A DNA stretch of 64,000 nucleotides from positions 781,600 to 845,599 of the forward strand of contig NW_015161963.1 of the NCBI RefSeq assembly GCF_001447785.1. The letters are read 5' to 3'. The DNA comes from Gekko japonicus. Its lineage: Eukaryota. Position 1 is the first letter of the stretch; each line of letters opens with the position of its first letter. The notes under the pieces were generated by a model that ran no database searches, was not told the origin of the DNA, and worked only from the letters and a program-made list of their open reading frames with translations. This document shows, in pieces, positions 1-13,338 of the stretch. The position numbers and the translations under genes were made by a program.

Positions 1-1324
1 AGTAGCTAAGACCATCTTCTCTTAAGGAACTACACATCCCTTAGTGTACTGCACAGTTGTCTGCTAGCAAGGCCATCCCGGTGATTAAAATGAGGTGAAA
101 CACTTGCTTTGAGGTGAATTTACAGAAACAGTCCTTTCATCTCCCTCTGCACATTCACCCACAAATCCACTTTTCTTGATGCAGATTTTTGTGTAAGGAT
201 GGTACCCAGACCTACATAAGGGTTTTTGCAAGATAGTAAACCAGTTAGGCTCAAATGTTGATTCTCCTCTTCTTCTTTCTCTCTCTCTCTCCTTTTACTG
301 CTGCAATTTAAGGCTGTCGATCCGTTATGGAACGTACGTATATTTGAGTTGCTGCTTTGAGCCTGCCAACAATGTTGAAGTTGCAATTATTAGGAGAGGA
401 ACCCAGATCTGGATGTCCCCCCTACCCCCACCCTGGGCGTTGTATCTATGGATAGTTGAGCATTTTGTCAGCAGGCACTGAGCCATGCTAGCACCTCCCC
501 TTTTGTCTTTTACTTTTTTACGTTCTTTGAAGATAACTTGGAAGCTGGTTCCTACCAAAAGGGATAGGAAGGCTCCAGGATCATTTGAATCATTCTTTCT
601 GTGCACATAGGAACTGTCGGGTATGCAAAGACTTGCTTGAAAACAGCATCTCAGCTGGTCACCTATAATGAAGAAAAGTTTATCCTGATAGCCAGCTTGG
701 TGGAGAGCAGACTCTGCAAACTGAGAAGAGAGCTGGCTTCTCTCTCTTTCTCTCTCCGTGTTCCACAAACGATGCCCGTGCACCGTGGGCAGGACTATTT
801 ATGTTGGCTGCTAATTTGTATGGGCTTCTTTGGAAGAGCAGGCAAAGGTGGTGTTGTATGTTGAGTTTGCTATCTGAACACAGTGATGGGAGTAGGAAGC
901 CATGGTAGTGAGAAAGAACAGCATGGCTAAGACACTCTGGAGTCCCCAATGCATGCATGTGGAATGGTGAATAAACACCGACCCTTGGGATTCTGCTTGC
1001 TCAGCGTGCCAGTCTGGCTGGCTTTGTATTATTATCTCCATAAGCCCTTGGGATTCTGCTTGCTCAGCGGGCCAGTTTGAAGGGAACACTGCTGACTCTG
1101 GCTGGCTTTGTATTATTATCTCCATAATATCATCAACATACATGGCTGCTTACTGCATAGCCATGACAACAAGATGGGTTTCTTTCCTGAGGAGGTTCCA
1201 CTCAGAATGGAGACATTCCTGGGAGAGGGAGTGAGCAAAGGAAACGGAATAGTGGGTGGATGTGGGCAGATGTGGGATACACATACTTAGGTGTAGGTTC
1301 ATTTGGAAAGAAGACTGCAGGGTT

Positions 1325-1897
1325 AAGCTGACAGCTACCTGGGAAAAGGTGATTTGGGGGAGGGATAGGAAGGAAGGAAGGGTCATCAGGGAGGTGTTCT
1401 AGGAAGGGGCTCTGGGCATAAGGGTAGCAAGGGAGGAGAATAGATAATCTTCAGAAGGGTTGTGATTTCTAACATGTAGTGTTCTGAGTTCTTCCAACCT
1501 GAGTTTGAGGGAAATAGACATCGGGTGCAAGGCAACTCATTTACCCAAGCATGTGGAGCCCTGACTTGGATGGGGACCAAGTGGCTTCAGCCTTGCCCAT
1601 GGCACCAAGCTGACAGCTACCTGGGAAAGGTGATTTGGGGGAGGGATAGGAAGGAAGGAAGGGTCATCAGGTAGGTGTTCCGGGAAGGAGCTCTGGGCAT
1701 AAGGGTAGCAAGGGGAGGAGAATAAATAATCTTCAGAAGGGTTGTGATTTCTAACGTGTAGTGTTCTGAGTTCTCCCAACCTGAGTTTGAGGGAAATAGA
1801 CATCGGGGGCAAGGCAACTCATTACCCAAGCATGTTGGAGCCCTGACTTGGATGGGGACCAAGGGGAACAAGTGGCTTCAGCCTTGCCCATGGCACC
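1325..1897. repeat. Tandem duplication, ~282-bp period
   Basis: aagctgacagctacctgggaaa...ggcacca recurs at 1325 and 1607 with a few substitutions and indels. Confidence 0.85.
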
Positions 1898-2514
1898 ATC
1901 TCCTTGACCCACAATGGCCCCAGGAAAGTGTTACTTGCTCTGCACAGGTGATGATGCACATTATAAACAGTCGTGTGCTTTGACCCTAAGTGAACAAGAG
2001 ACCTTTGGGTGGCTGATGGTGGGAGGAGTAAAGCAGTCTGTTAGGACATGAGGACCATGAAGTAGAAGTGTGGAGGGCAAGTCGAGAGGAAGCTTTGAAG
2101 GTAACACGGAGGAGTTCATGCTGGATAGGAAAGGGGATAGGAAGCCAGTGGAAGAAACGGAACTCATTAGGTGACTGTTGCTAGCTGATGTATTGTTGCA
2201 AAACCTCCAAAGCGGCAACAGAAAGAGGGGGTCATAAGAAATTTGCACTCCATGGTGAGGCTCTCCCCCCTTTCTCTGGCAAGTGGTTGAGCCCCAGCCT
2301 TTCCCCTAGGGCGCTGGGAAGAGTGGGGGCTGCACATCTCACGGACCTCTGCCTGGCGCAGCATCCTGTTTCCAGCAGTGGGAATCCAAAGCCTTCTAGC
2401 TGGGCTTGTGGTCCTGACTTGTAGCCTCGTCTTGTGGCTTTTGGAGCCATGACACCCTAAAACAATTAGCTGTGACTTCTGTACCATCAAAATGCTTGTG
2501 CGGATTTGCCATCT

Positions 2515-3346
2515 TTGCCCCCCCAGACGGAATAACGGACAGACAACAGTTTGGAAGTAAACAAGGGCCACTTTATTAACTATTTAACACAACATTGCGG
2601 CAAGGGACCAGCTAAGCGAGCACGGAACAGGCAAGGCAGGTGTCACTCCCCTGACAAACCTCCTTGCCCTTTTCTCGGGCGGGTCACCCAGCTCCGGTCC
2701 AGAGCCATCGGTCTGGCTCATGACCAGCAGCCCAGCAAACTGGTCGCCACCTAGGAGCGCCTACCCCTGAAGCCTTGCAGCTTGCAGAGAGGAGCATACC
2801 CTAAGAGGTTCCCAGAGGAGGTGATCACCATTCCCCACCCTGGACCTTGGAAATCCGAAGGCAGTTCCTAATGACCCCCCTGTTCCCTAATGGGGAAAAT
2901 GCCGTAAGGTGCTCACCGGTTCCGGTTACTTGCCCGCATCAACCTGCCAAGTGACCAGCCTATTTAGGTGTCAACCCACCACCAACTATTCCCTCCACTG
3001 CTCCCAGTGCAAGGTAGGCAAAAACACCTCCACCCATTCAGCCAATATTGGGTAAAAGCGAAAAATTCCTACCTGGCCCCAATAGGCAACCGGCCGTAGC
3101 CTACACTAAGAACAGGGCGGGAGGGTGGGCGAGCACGTTGGAGCAACTCTCCTCTGGCGGGAGCGGAGCCATGTGGCTTATCCAAGCCGGCTCCGCCCCC
3201 TGCCCATGTCACGACGCAAGGCTGTTGCTGCCCACCTTCCTCGGGGCGGCAAAACAGCCCCCGGCAACCAGCGGCGTTGCCGGGTCACCGGGAGCTTCAT
3301 TGCCCCCCCAGACGGAATAACGGACAGACAACAGTTTGGAAGTAAA
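2515..3346 (-). mobile_element. GC-rich element bounded by identical 47-bp direct repeats (possibly DIRS/Ngaro-like non-autonomous element)
   Basis: TTGCCCCCCCAGACGGAATAACGGACAGACAACAGTTTGGAAGTAAA at 2515-2561 and 3300-3346; AATAAAGTGGCC on the minus strand next to the left repeat; CpG-rich interior. Confidence 0.5.
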
Positions 3347-5820
3347 GGTTTCGCTTCCCATGTTTACCACTGTTGAAACAGACTTTGCAGGCTTTTGAAA
3401 ACGGTACAAAACCCCTGTAAAACCTGTTTAACTCGAAGAGCACAAGGACTTACATGTTCCAAGGTTTTCAGACCTGCCCCATCTTCTTTCATACCATATG
3501 TGCGCCAGGAGTTCCTTGTTTGGAGCTTACAATTTTTGAAATGCAATTCTCAGATGTGTAGGGGCCTGTTTTGGAGAGGAGGCTTAAGTCTCACCCCTTC
3601 TCCCCTGTGCAGGATTCCCAACCTGAAATGAACCCAGGCTGCTGTTTGGCTCCTTGTGAACTTATGTATACTGGGTGGGCAACATGTGTGTTTCCCCAAT
3701 GGGGCAAATAACTGGTCCTCAAGGGTGTTTCAGGAAAAAGGTGTTGTAGGGTTTGTACTTCCCAGCCACAATTGCCTGTCTCCAGCCTTGTTAACTTGCT
3801 CAGGGGAAAGTTTGGGAAACCCTCCTACAATGAAACTCCTTTCTGTCTTTCCTATAGAACTGGAGACATGTCCTGGCTAACGGGGAAAGGCTCATAATGA
3901 CCCTGGGAAATGCTGGTTCTCTTGAGACTCCACAGTAGCCAATGGAGAGCTGCACGCCACGCACACTTCCATGACTTCAACAAATCCGGCATCTTCCTAT
4001 GAACCCGTCCCTGGGCTTGACCTCCTTCTACATCGCCTTTTGGGAACGTACTTGACCAGATGAACCTGCACTTTAGTAGCCATAGAGTGGCTTTAAAAAG
4101 TCCTGCAAGCCAACCAGAGGGAAAGGTGGTCCCTCTGCAGTAACCAGTTTGTCACAGCCAAGCGGAACATCACACTGTCCACTGCGTCCTTTGGAAACCT
4201 CTCCATTAATTCAGTGGAGCAGTGTGGAAGACGTGTAAATATGGGTGCTTTGCACATTCCGGCAAATATTGTAACATTCAGGAGCCAGAAAGGAGACCCC
4301 AAGAACTTCTGAGCAGAGGAAGATCTCCATGCATTGCTCCCTGGCTAGCTTCTTTCCACTAGCCATCCACAATCCCAACATTCCTTCTTCAACTCCATTC
4401 CTTTTGTGGTTCCCTCTCCCAGTGCGTGCGTGCTTTTCCTGCAGTCAGAGCAGCGGGGGGGCTCAATTAGACCCTCCTGCAGAGGCAACCAACCTGGAAG
4501 TTGCTTCAGTTCCACCAGGAGAGAGGAGGTGAGACGTCCAGCTTGATTTCATGAGCGAGTGGGCTTTTCTTGCTGCTGCTGCAACAGCTTAGATATTTAC
4601 AGCATGAGAGCTGCGGTCACTCATTTGGCATATGTGCTGCACCTCATGCTTTCTCCTGGTCCTCTCATCTTGCCTCCCGGCTTGCCCTGTATATGGGGCT
4701 GTGTATATGCTGCAATGCTGCACGAGGAGCATGGGATATGGACACAGGATCCAGATTTTTGAGCATCTCTCGCTCTTGTTTTTTAAAAAAAGAAGAACAC
4801 ATTTTTAGCCTTCATAGCTATACAGATGTGCTTGATAATGTGTGAGCAATGCCTTTTGGAATCTCTTGGTGCTGGGGAAGGGGGAGGCTGAATAACATTT
4901 TGATTCACTGGCAGTGGGAATAGCCTCCTTGTCATTCCCCCCCCCCCTGAAAAAATTAGGCAATCAGTGAGAAATACGCTTAACTTGCATACATTCACAT
5001 ATGTCATAGAATTTAGTTCACATTGGTGCAGAATTTGTCCCCCCCTCCAGCCTGTGCAGCCCTGCCTATCAAGCAGCATGGCTTCTAAATGCTATGCCTC
5101 TCCAAATAATAGATCCTTCTTGTCCCTAACCATCCTTACCCTGGGCCGTCAGTACCCCTTTTGAGGCTCTGAGATCAAACAGACTCTTTTTCCAGACCAC
5201 CTGGGTGGAGGGATGGGAGACTCAGCATGATCCTTATGGTTTGCATCTGGCCCTATCCGTGGCCTAAAGGTGGATTTTGTGCATGGTTGGGGTGCCTGAG
5301 TTTTCTTTTCCAGGGCACAGCTCTGGGAGAAGCAGCTGCTGAACTCTCTCCATCTCTGCACATAGGATTAGTCCATCTCAGTGCTGTGAATCTCCTGTGC
5401 GTTGACTTAACAGAGCTTCCACCGTTTACCTTGCCCAGCCCGAGGACATGAACACAGGTTTCAGAAGGCAGGACAACTGCACCACTTCACCTTCATGCCA
5501 CTGAATTTCTGCTTTTTACATAACTGCGAGAGGTGCAAAGAAATAAAGACGGTATTTGCCCGCCTGCATCTCCTCTGCCTTCACAATTTCATCAGGCCAG
5601 TCTGAATTGCCACTCACTTTATTCAGCTCCTGCAAGATTAGCTGTCTCACAATGTGTGCTCTTTTTCTAGGTTGATAATAAACTAATGTATGAAGCCACA
5701 CTTGAGATTCTGTCGTCTTTGCCATGGGCTAGTTTGCACTGGTCCTGCTTCTGGGTGTTTTATCATCCTCTTGACTCACACATGCATATGATAAAGCTCC
5801 ATGCTAGAAGCTTTACAATG

Positions 5821-6110
5821 AGAGCCAGTTTGGTGTAGTGGTTAGGAGCGCAGGCTCTAACCTGGGAGAACCGGGTTTGATTCCCCACTCCTCCCCCCAC
5901 ACGCAGCTGCTGGTGTGACCTTGGGTCAGTTACAAGTTCTTTCAGAGCTGTTCTCTCAGGAGCAGTTCTCTCAGAGCTCTCTCAGCGCCACCTACCTCAC
6001 AGGGTGTCTGTTGTGGGGAGGGGAAGGGAAAGGAGATTGTAAGCAGCTCTGAGACTCCTTTGTGTAGTAAATGGCGGGGTAAAAATCCAATCTCCTCTTC
6101 TCCTCCTCCG
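5821..6110 (+). mobile_element. tRNA-derived SINE (Squam3-like)
   Basis: A box tggtgtagtggtt, B-box-like ggtttgattccc, body ctcacagggtgtctgttgtgggg and CT-rich tail. Confidence 0.75.
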
Positions 6111-7364
6111 TCTGAAGGTGGTTTGGGTAGTTCTGACTGAATGGGCTGCCCCTCTGCCTTTGTGGGTATCGCTTCTGTTTCCTCCTGGATCCTCCCTTTC
6201 TAACAATGCAGGTGCACAACCACACATTCCAAGTAGCAAACTGAATTGCCAATTTTTCAACAGGCCAGTGTGCTTGTGCCTTTAAGAGTGCCCCGCTGCT
6301 CGGAGATTAGCAGGCTGAAACTGTTTATTGCCATGTGGTGAAAAGCTTTCTCTTATGATTTTTGCAATCAAGCTGCTGTTGATAAAGGCATAAAAGGCGA
6401 CCTGGATGGGTTTTCCCTCCCCCAGCCCATTGGCACTCTTGTCACTCCCCTCTTCAGTATTTCTAGGGTTAGTCTAGCCTGCAGTTGCTTGAGAAATGAC
6501 TACGTGCCAGCTAGAATCCTAGCATGGATCCATCATAAGCATTAGACTGAGCAATCATGCCTTAGCTCCTATTTTCAGCATAAGCAATACATATGCCACT
6601 TGCTCCTATGCAAGTTTACTCAGAAGTAACTCCTATTTTGTCTTTAAAGGAGCATAGCTTAAATGTGCCTGAGATTGTAGCCCGAATCACCTCAAGGGGA
6701 ATCCAACACCCACCATGCAATGCTGTACCTTCAGTTATGGCAGCAGGTGAGGAGATGCCCTGCAAATGGGTTTGCTGCTTTTGGGGTCCTACAGCAGCTT
6801 AGGAGCTGAACAGGTAAAGCTTCTGCCACCATTTCAGGAAAAAACATTGCTTGCAAGTGTCTGCTGTTAAAGCAGGCCAGCCCCAACTTGTAGCCTGTAG
6901 AGCTGAATCGATGGCCCATCACTCATGGATTAGCATCCCAGCTCCCTGGGACTGCAAAGGCAGGGAGGTTGCTAGAACCCTGGCAGGTGTGGGCTGCATT
7001 TGACTTGCTTGACCACAAGAACCAGAAGAAAAGGCAGCAGTCTGAGCTGCAGAAATAAGGTGATAAAGCATTCAGGGTATGGAAATAAATAACTGTTATA
7101 AGGTGGTTGAAAAGTTTGCATCCTCCCCCCCTTGCAAGTTGTGTTTAAATGAAAGGAGCACAGCGGCCAGCAAAGGAGATGGCAGCTGTACCAGAGGAGG
7201 GTTGTTTTCTCCTTGCTGCACCCCACTTTAATCCCCAGGCTTAGCATCTGAGTGGCAGCTGTGCTGCCCAGCCAGGTAATGAAATTAGCAGATCACTGCC
7301 TGATCCAGCTCAAGGGTGTGAGAGTGAAGAGCAGGGTGGTGGAGTACGACCCACACCCAGGGCT

Positions 7365-10300
7365 ATGGCTCTGCAGACTCCCCTGCCTCCCCACCTCCGG
7401 AGGGGTCTGACGACATTCAGCGGCTCCCTCTTCATCAACAACAAGACCGGTGACTGTGGCCTGAGACAGATCTACACCCCAGGTATGAACAGTGCCAGGA
7501 TGATCTTCCATGGGGACTGGGAGCAGCGCCACTAATGCATCCCCTCCCAAATCAAAACATGGACATTTGTGTGTTGCTTTAAATGTTTCCATGTTACCTT
7601 TCTCCACAACGGGGAACCAAAGCAGCTTAGGATACAAAAATACTGTGCAAACAAATACGAGAAAGGAGAAAAAGAAACCGGGCATGGTTCTTCTCTCTCT
7701 CTGCCTCTTTCTGGCAGCAGACCTTCCTCCAAGCTCCAAGCAAAGAGCTCTTGGCCAGCGGCTCAGGCTTTAAGAGTTTACCTGCAAGAAAGCGGTGAAG
7801 CAGAAGCTCAGCTTCAGGACCTTAATAGCAACTGGCTGCTATTCCATTTCCTTTCCCCTTTGTACTTAAAGTACCCCTCTTCTGATTACATTGTTCACAA
7901 GTAGGGTTGGTTGGGAACTGGGCCATCTTGGGAAAGGGGAGGAGCAGGGGGGAGGCACCTCCCCTTGGTGCCATGGTCCCAATCCAAATTGGGCCTCTGC
8001 AGCACATGGAAACTTAATTTGCAGTAGCTGTAGTGTGTCTGTAGAGAATGTATAATGTCTGGGTTGGCCCTCAACGGATTCGTGCTAGATTGTACCATCC
8101 CATACCCACAATCCCATGCTGCCAAAATCCTGCTCTGCATGCTATTAATTAACTCTGCAATAGCCTCTTGTGTGTTGATTGTTGAAGTCTTTCCCCCCAC
8201 AAACAACTGTGATGAGCAGTTTAGTAACACACACTACTTTACCAGCATTGAGCTACCCGGTCCTTTTATGTTCATACTTGCGTATTTGTATTCATTCTTC
8301 CTGGAGAAAAAAGCTATATCTGCTCCTCTCTTTGAGATCTGGCATCTCACATGAAATAGAGCATAATAGAACAAGAGGGCACATAGCATGTTCCTTGGGG
8401 TGAGCTCGCGGCAACAGAAAAATATTGAATTCCTGCAAATTACTGTTCACAGATTTTTTTTAAAGCCCCATTCACGATCCCATTCTTTGTTCATCTTTTC
8501 ATTCAGTGCCTTGTAACTTTTAAAGAAAGATAGGGTATTCGAGTTTTTAGTGCAAAATTGCTCAGCTCTTGATATTACTTCTGTGTACCTTTTACCCAGG
8601 GCAGGAACTCATTAGCATAATAAGCCATACCCAACAGCAGAAACTCATTTAGCATATCAGGCCACACCCCTTATAGTACAGCTCATTAGCATATTAGGCC
8701 ATACCCCCATGTTACCAGAAGTGTGGTCATCCAGCCACACCCACCTTTTGCTTCTTATTCTGTTTACCTTGATTGTTGTCAAAACCCAGGGCTTTTTTGT
8801 AGCAGGAACTCCTTTGCATGTTAGGCCACACACCCCTAATGTAGTCAATTCTAATGAGTTTCTGCTGTTGGGTGTGGCCTGTTATGCTAATGAGCTCCTG
8901 CTGGGCGTGGCCAACTCAGGAGCCAGCCGGAACTCCGTTCCTGCCCAAAAATAGCCCTGCTTTTACCCTTAATCTACTCTGTGTCCCCCCCTAATTAAAA
9001 AAAAAAGAATTATTAACTCCTTAATTATTAACCACTTATTAACTACTTCATTATTTTAAAAGCTCATGAAACCATTTTGCCGCACTCCCGCTAAGGAGGT
9101 TCATACGTGGGACTGGCCCTTGGATACAAATGTGATGCACATTCACATACAGCCACAACCATGTTGTTCTCTGGGATGGGTGGGAAGGCGCAGGTTCCCA
9201 GCCACATCCACCAGTGCCATGAGTTGCAATTCAGTACCTTTCAAAGCAGCAAGAGAGGCTGGGTTGGAGTCATGGTTTGTCCTGCAACGGGTGACATCTG
9301 CAAGGTCAGCCCCAGGCAGGCACCTCTCACTGTCACGGCATCTGTCTCGCGCACTACTAACACTGGGCACACTGTTCCGAGGGAAGTTCTCCTGCAAGTG
9401 CTCACTGAAACTTGCGTGTTTTATTTTTTAAAATACCCATTTTCCACATTACTATGGGCAATATTTTGGAAAGGTGGCTTATAATTTTTTTTTTAATACA
9501 GCAAACTTTCTAGAGGAAACCATTCTCTTCCCAACAATATCAAAGTGTGGGCTGAAAATGATCTTGCTTGTTTTATTTCCTGGCCAGGACAGGAGGTGCT
9601 TTCCTGTTTGCCTCTGCAAATGATGCTGTATTTCAACGTCTTTTACTTCCCTTTCTGGTGTCTGGCAGAGGGACTCATGCTGGAACTTAAGGTAATGGCA
9701 CACCATAGACATTAACAGTCCCTTGAGGGCTTATGTGTACAGCTCCTTTTTTGAAGTATCTTTCGGTTGATGAGGATTTTTGCACATTGGGCATCTGCTG
9801 CTTTCTCCACTGAACTGGATGAGCGACAAGGCCCATCCAAAATGCTTTCGATGCTCCTCAAACGTCCCGTGTGTGGTCTGAGGTGTTCCTTGAGAACGTT
9901 GCAAAAGATCCCGACCACGCACCTCTTGAATTTTGCTGTACAAGTGTCTGATAGGAGTGCCAGTGTGGTATAGTGGTTACAGTGTTGTTTTGAGACCTGG
10001 GAGGCCCAAGTCTGAATCCCTACTGTCCAAGTCTTAAAGATCCGTCACAGATGGATATGTGCAGGCTGATGGGGGTGGCTGGTTCCCAGAGCTCTGCAGT
10101 CTTGCTAACATGGCTGATTTGCCCAGACTGGAAGAATTCCATCTGGGGAATCAGGGAGGCTTCCTGTGCTGGGGAGGAAGAGACGATCTGCTCCGTCAAA
10201 TGTTTGAACTGGTGACCTGAAATAACCTGCTCCAGGGGTGTCCTGTCTCCCTCCTGAAAAACTCCAAGGACATTCCAGAAACTTCCTGTTTTTTCTTTGA

Positions 10301-13300
10301 TTGAATGATAGAAACATTTCTTCTTGTTTAAATTAAGCCCACCTTTCTACGGCTTCTAGACCTATTCTGTGCGCGCGCTGGGTGCTGTGGTGCCCGTTCC
10401 ACTCCCTTACAGTGATCTGAAGGCCCGATGTAGGGGGAGAATATGCCACAAGGCTCCAGGTTAACATTAAAGACAAATCAGTTTTGAATCTACGAAAACT
10501 TTCATGGACTAGAACTGCGTCCTAGCTTATGTTAGAATAAAAAACTGCTAGACTCTAAGGTTCCCTGCGAAGCCTGTTTATTTTTGCTTCAGCAGGTGAA
10601 GGAAGCCATTTTTTCAGATCAGTGGTCTTTGACGGACTGTGACCCTCAGTGTCCCTGGACAATTGCCTTTTGGGGGACTGTGCGTGCACATGCCTAGAGA
10701 GCAAAGCTGCCATGTCTCCTCAGAGGGGCAGCGGGACAGCAAGGCAAGGTCACTCAGCAGGGGAGAAGATTCCTTTTCAGGACAGGAAGGTTTAGACATG
10801 TACCTCCTTGCCAAAGCTCTCCCTTGTCATCACTCTCTTCATCTCACCCAGCACAGCCTGGTAGGGCCACCCTCCCTTTTCCAAAGCTCGTTGCACATCT
10901 GCATTGTAAAGTTTCTCTCTCTACCAGCGAAGTCATAATTTTGGCTCCTCCTTTTCATGTTATTGATAATCACATGACTTCCTGTTGCAAGCTTGTGCCT
11001 GGATCCCATGCTCCTTGTCTGGGATTAGAAACATTAAAGACCTATTCTAGACTAATGTGCAGAGCTCTTGACTTGTATGGCAACTTTCTTTTTACCCTTC
11101 TCTTTCTAAATCATGACCCCTTCTTACAGTACAACCTCCTGCCCACTTACTATCAAGTTCTCCTAGTTGGTGCATATCTGATTATCATCTTATTGGAAGG
11201 TTTGCGTCTCTACCTTGGATACATTGGGAACCTGCAAGGAAAGGTAAGATCCTGTGGGAGGGGAGTCTTCATGTTGTCATCCTGCTTGCGGGGAGGGCGG
11301 GGTATAAATCAGATAATAAATAAATAAATAAATCCCAGACTTCTCTAAAGAATGAAGAAATTTTGGAGTATTTCTATCTGCGTGGACCTCTAAACCAGAC
11401 ATTGTGGCATCTTCAAGTCCAACCATGGATGCCAGTTCCAATTTAAAAGTGACACTCAGCCATTTAAAAATTCCACAAGGATGACCGATCCTGACTCGGC
11501 ATAAAAACGGCATTCAAGGCTGTGGGACCAGGCAGTCTTGTCCAACCCCCCCGACCCCCGGTAGCTTTTCGAGTGCTGAAAAAAACCTGTTTTAAGTGGC
11601 CAAGTTCAGCTTTAAAATGGCCTTTGCTTTCACAGGTCAGACTTGTGGACACCGTAACATCTAGTTTGGCCCCTACAGTACCATTCTAAGAAGAGTTACA
11701 CCCTTTTAAGTCCAATAAAGGCAATGGGCTTAGAAGAGTGTAACTCTGTTTAGGATGGCACCGTTAGCTGCACAAACACCAACCTTTGGTTCCCTTAACC
11801 ACCTTAAGGGGCAAACCAACACTATGGTGGGGATCTGTGATAGATTTCCTGATGTACAGTATATCCCTAAAAAGCAGTCTTGGGGAGCCATTGGGATCAT
11901 AGACATGGTAATCACTCTCTGCAGTTATTAATTTTTATAGAATAACAATTAAAAATGCACTCAGATTGCTAATACCAAAGAAGGAGGATTTCTACACCAG
12001 TTTGGTGTAGTGGTTAAGTGTGCGGACTCTAATCTGGGAGAACCGGGTTTGATTCCCCACTCCTCCACTTGCACCTGCTGATGTGACCTTGGGTCAGTAA
12101 CAAGTTCTGGCACAGCTGTCCTTGAAAAAGAGCAGTTTGTGTCAGAGTTCTCTCAGCCCCACCCACCTCACAGGGTGTCTGTTGTGGGGAGGGGAAGGGA
12201 AAGGAGTTTGTAAGCCGCTCTGAGACTCCAAGTGAAGGGCGGGGTATAAATCCAATCTCTTCTTCTTCTTCTATTGGAGGATAACCATGGGGAGGCACAG
12301 TCCCAATCAGACCCTCCCCACAGCTGCTTTGGAAGGTTCCATTACATCTCCACACCCAGGTGGGCAAAGCCACTGCTTGTATTTATTTGGAGATAAAAAT
12401 CTTCCTTGGGTGAGCAAGGGTTTTGCTTCTTAGAGTTTACGGATGGGGGCTGAAGGGGAACAAGGGAGCAGCAAGCTCAGCTCCCCTTCCTCAAATACAG
12501 TTGCCTCAGAGATCCCCCCCCATCCATAAAATATTGCTTAAATGTAAACATCACTGGACTACAACTAGCAACCATCTTGAAATATCAGTTGCTGAATTTC
12601 GAACACTGAAACCAGATTTTTCAACCAGATACCAAATCTTGAAATAAAATATATCAGGTGCCAAATAGTTGGTGAATATTTGACCATTCAAAACTTATTC
12701 ATGAATATTCAGCATCAATGCTCCCTCTAAGCTGTGGAATCCTGTGAGCAAAAATTCTACTTTGTGAGCTCCTGGCATTAAAGTTGTGAGCGAACAATTT
12801 GGCTACTGCATAAATTAGTTAGCTCTGGAGCTATCCTTCCTGAGCTAAGACAAAAATGTGTGAGCCGGAGGCTACAAAACTGTGAGCTAGCTCACACTAA
12901 CTCAGCTTAGAGGGAACACTGCCAGCATTACCATTCACAGAGGAGAGGTTTGAGGAGCAAATCAGTTTTAGCTTTATTGCAGATGTGAGTTCGCTGGTGC
13001 AGTGTGGCAAGTGGCTGCTGACACCCACGAAAAGCGGAACTTTGCATGACGGGGCTCCTCATTTTCGATATCTGCAGCATTCTCTGATTCTTCTTTGATT
13101 CCTGCAGGTCCCAGAGCTTGCTGGCTTCCTCCTGTTGTCATTCCTGATAGAGCTGCCTGTCCTGTTGTTCCTTCTGACTGATAAGGATACCATCAGGCTG
13201 CCTCTGGAGATGGCCATGCATCTGATCCTCCTCCTCTTTCTCACCTCTGAGATTGGAGCTGCCTTTTTTGCACTTAAAGGAATGACCAAGCAGCTGGCAA

Positions 13301-13338
13301 GGCAATTCTACCTGAAGCAGTTTGAAGGGGGGGCCTGA
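7365..13338 (+). CDS. TMEM17: Transmembrane protein 17-like (TMEM17B-type paralogue; ciliary transition-zone family), 4 exons, 188 aa
   Basis: Exons 7365-7482, 9588-9691, 11130-11243, 13108-13338, all GT-AG with matching phases, 567 nt. Translation MALQTPLPPHLRRGLTTFSGSLF...LSCLPLQMMLYFNVFYFPFW...LRLYLGYIGNLQGK|VPELAGFLLLSFLIELP...LPLEMAMH...KQLARQFYLKQF matches the TMEM17 family signature (RLYLGYxGNLQEKVPELAGF). Confidence 0.9.
8597..8959. mobile_element. hAT-type MITE
   Basis: CAGGGC...GCCCTG termini; perfect 8-bp TSD CTTTTACC (8589-8596 and 8960-8967). Confidence 0.8.
11677..11763. mobile_element. ~85-bp palindromic mini-MITE
   Basis: cagtaccattctaagaagagttacaccc...agagtgtaactctgtttaggatggcaccg hairpin; relatives at ~33877-33966 and ~37340-37428. 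Confidence 0.55.
11997..12272 (+). mobile_element. tRNA-derived SINE (Squam3-like)
   Basis: Same family, (CTT)n tail; nearly identical to the inverted copy at 51223-51470. Confidence 0.75.
12716..12921. mobile_element. ~200-bp hAT MITE (same family as 45627)
   Basis: Same TIRs and internal sequence. Confidence 0.8.

Noticed and set aside
811-1143. YVDDI motif resembling a reverse-transcriptase active site
   Set aside because: No other RT motifs around it; the ORF is mostly a local tandem duplication.
5821-5890. tRNA gene
   Set aside because: A/B boxes are SINE heads with no complete cloverleaf.
120-7300. Many 60-150 aa ORFs in the six-frame track
   Set aside because: No recognisable domains or consistent splice structure; expected by chance in vertebrate non-coding DNA.
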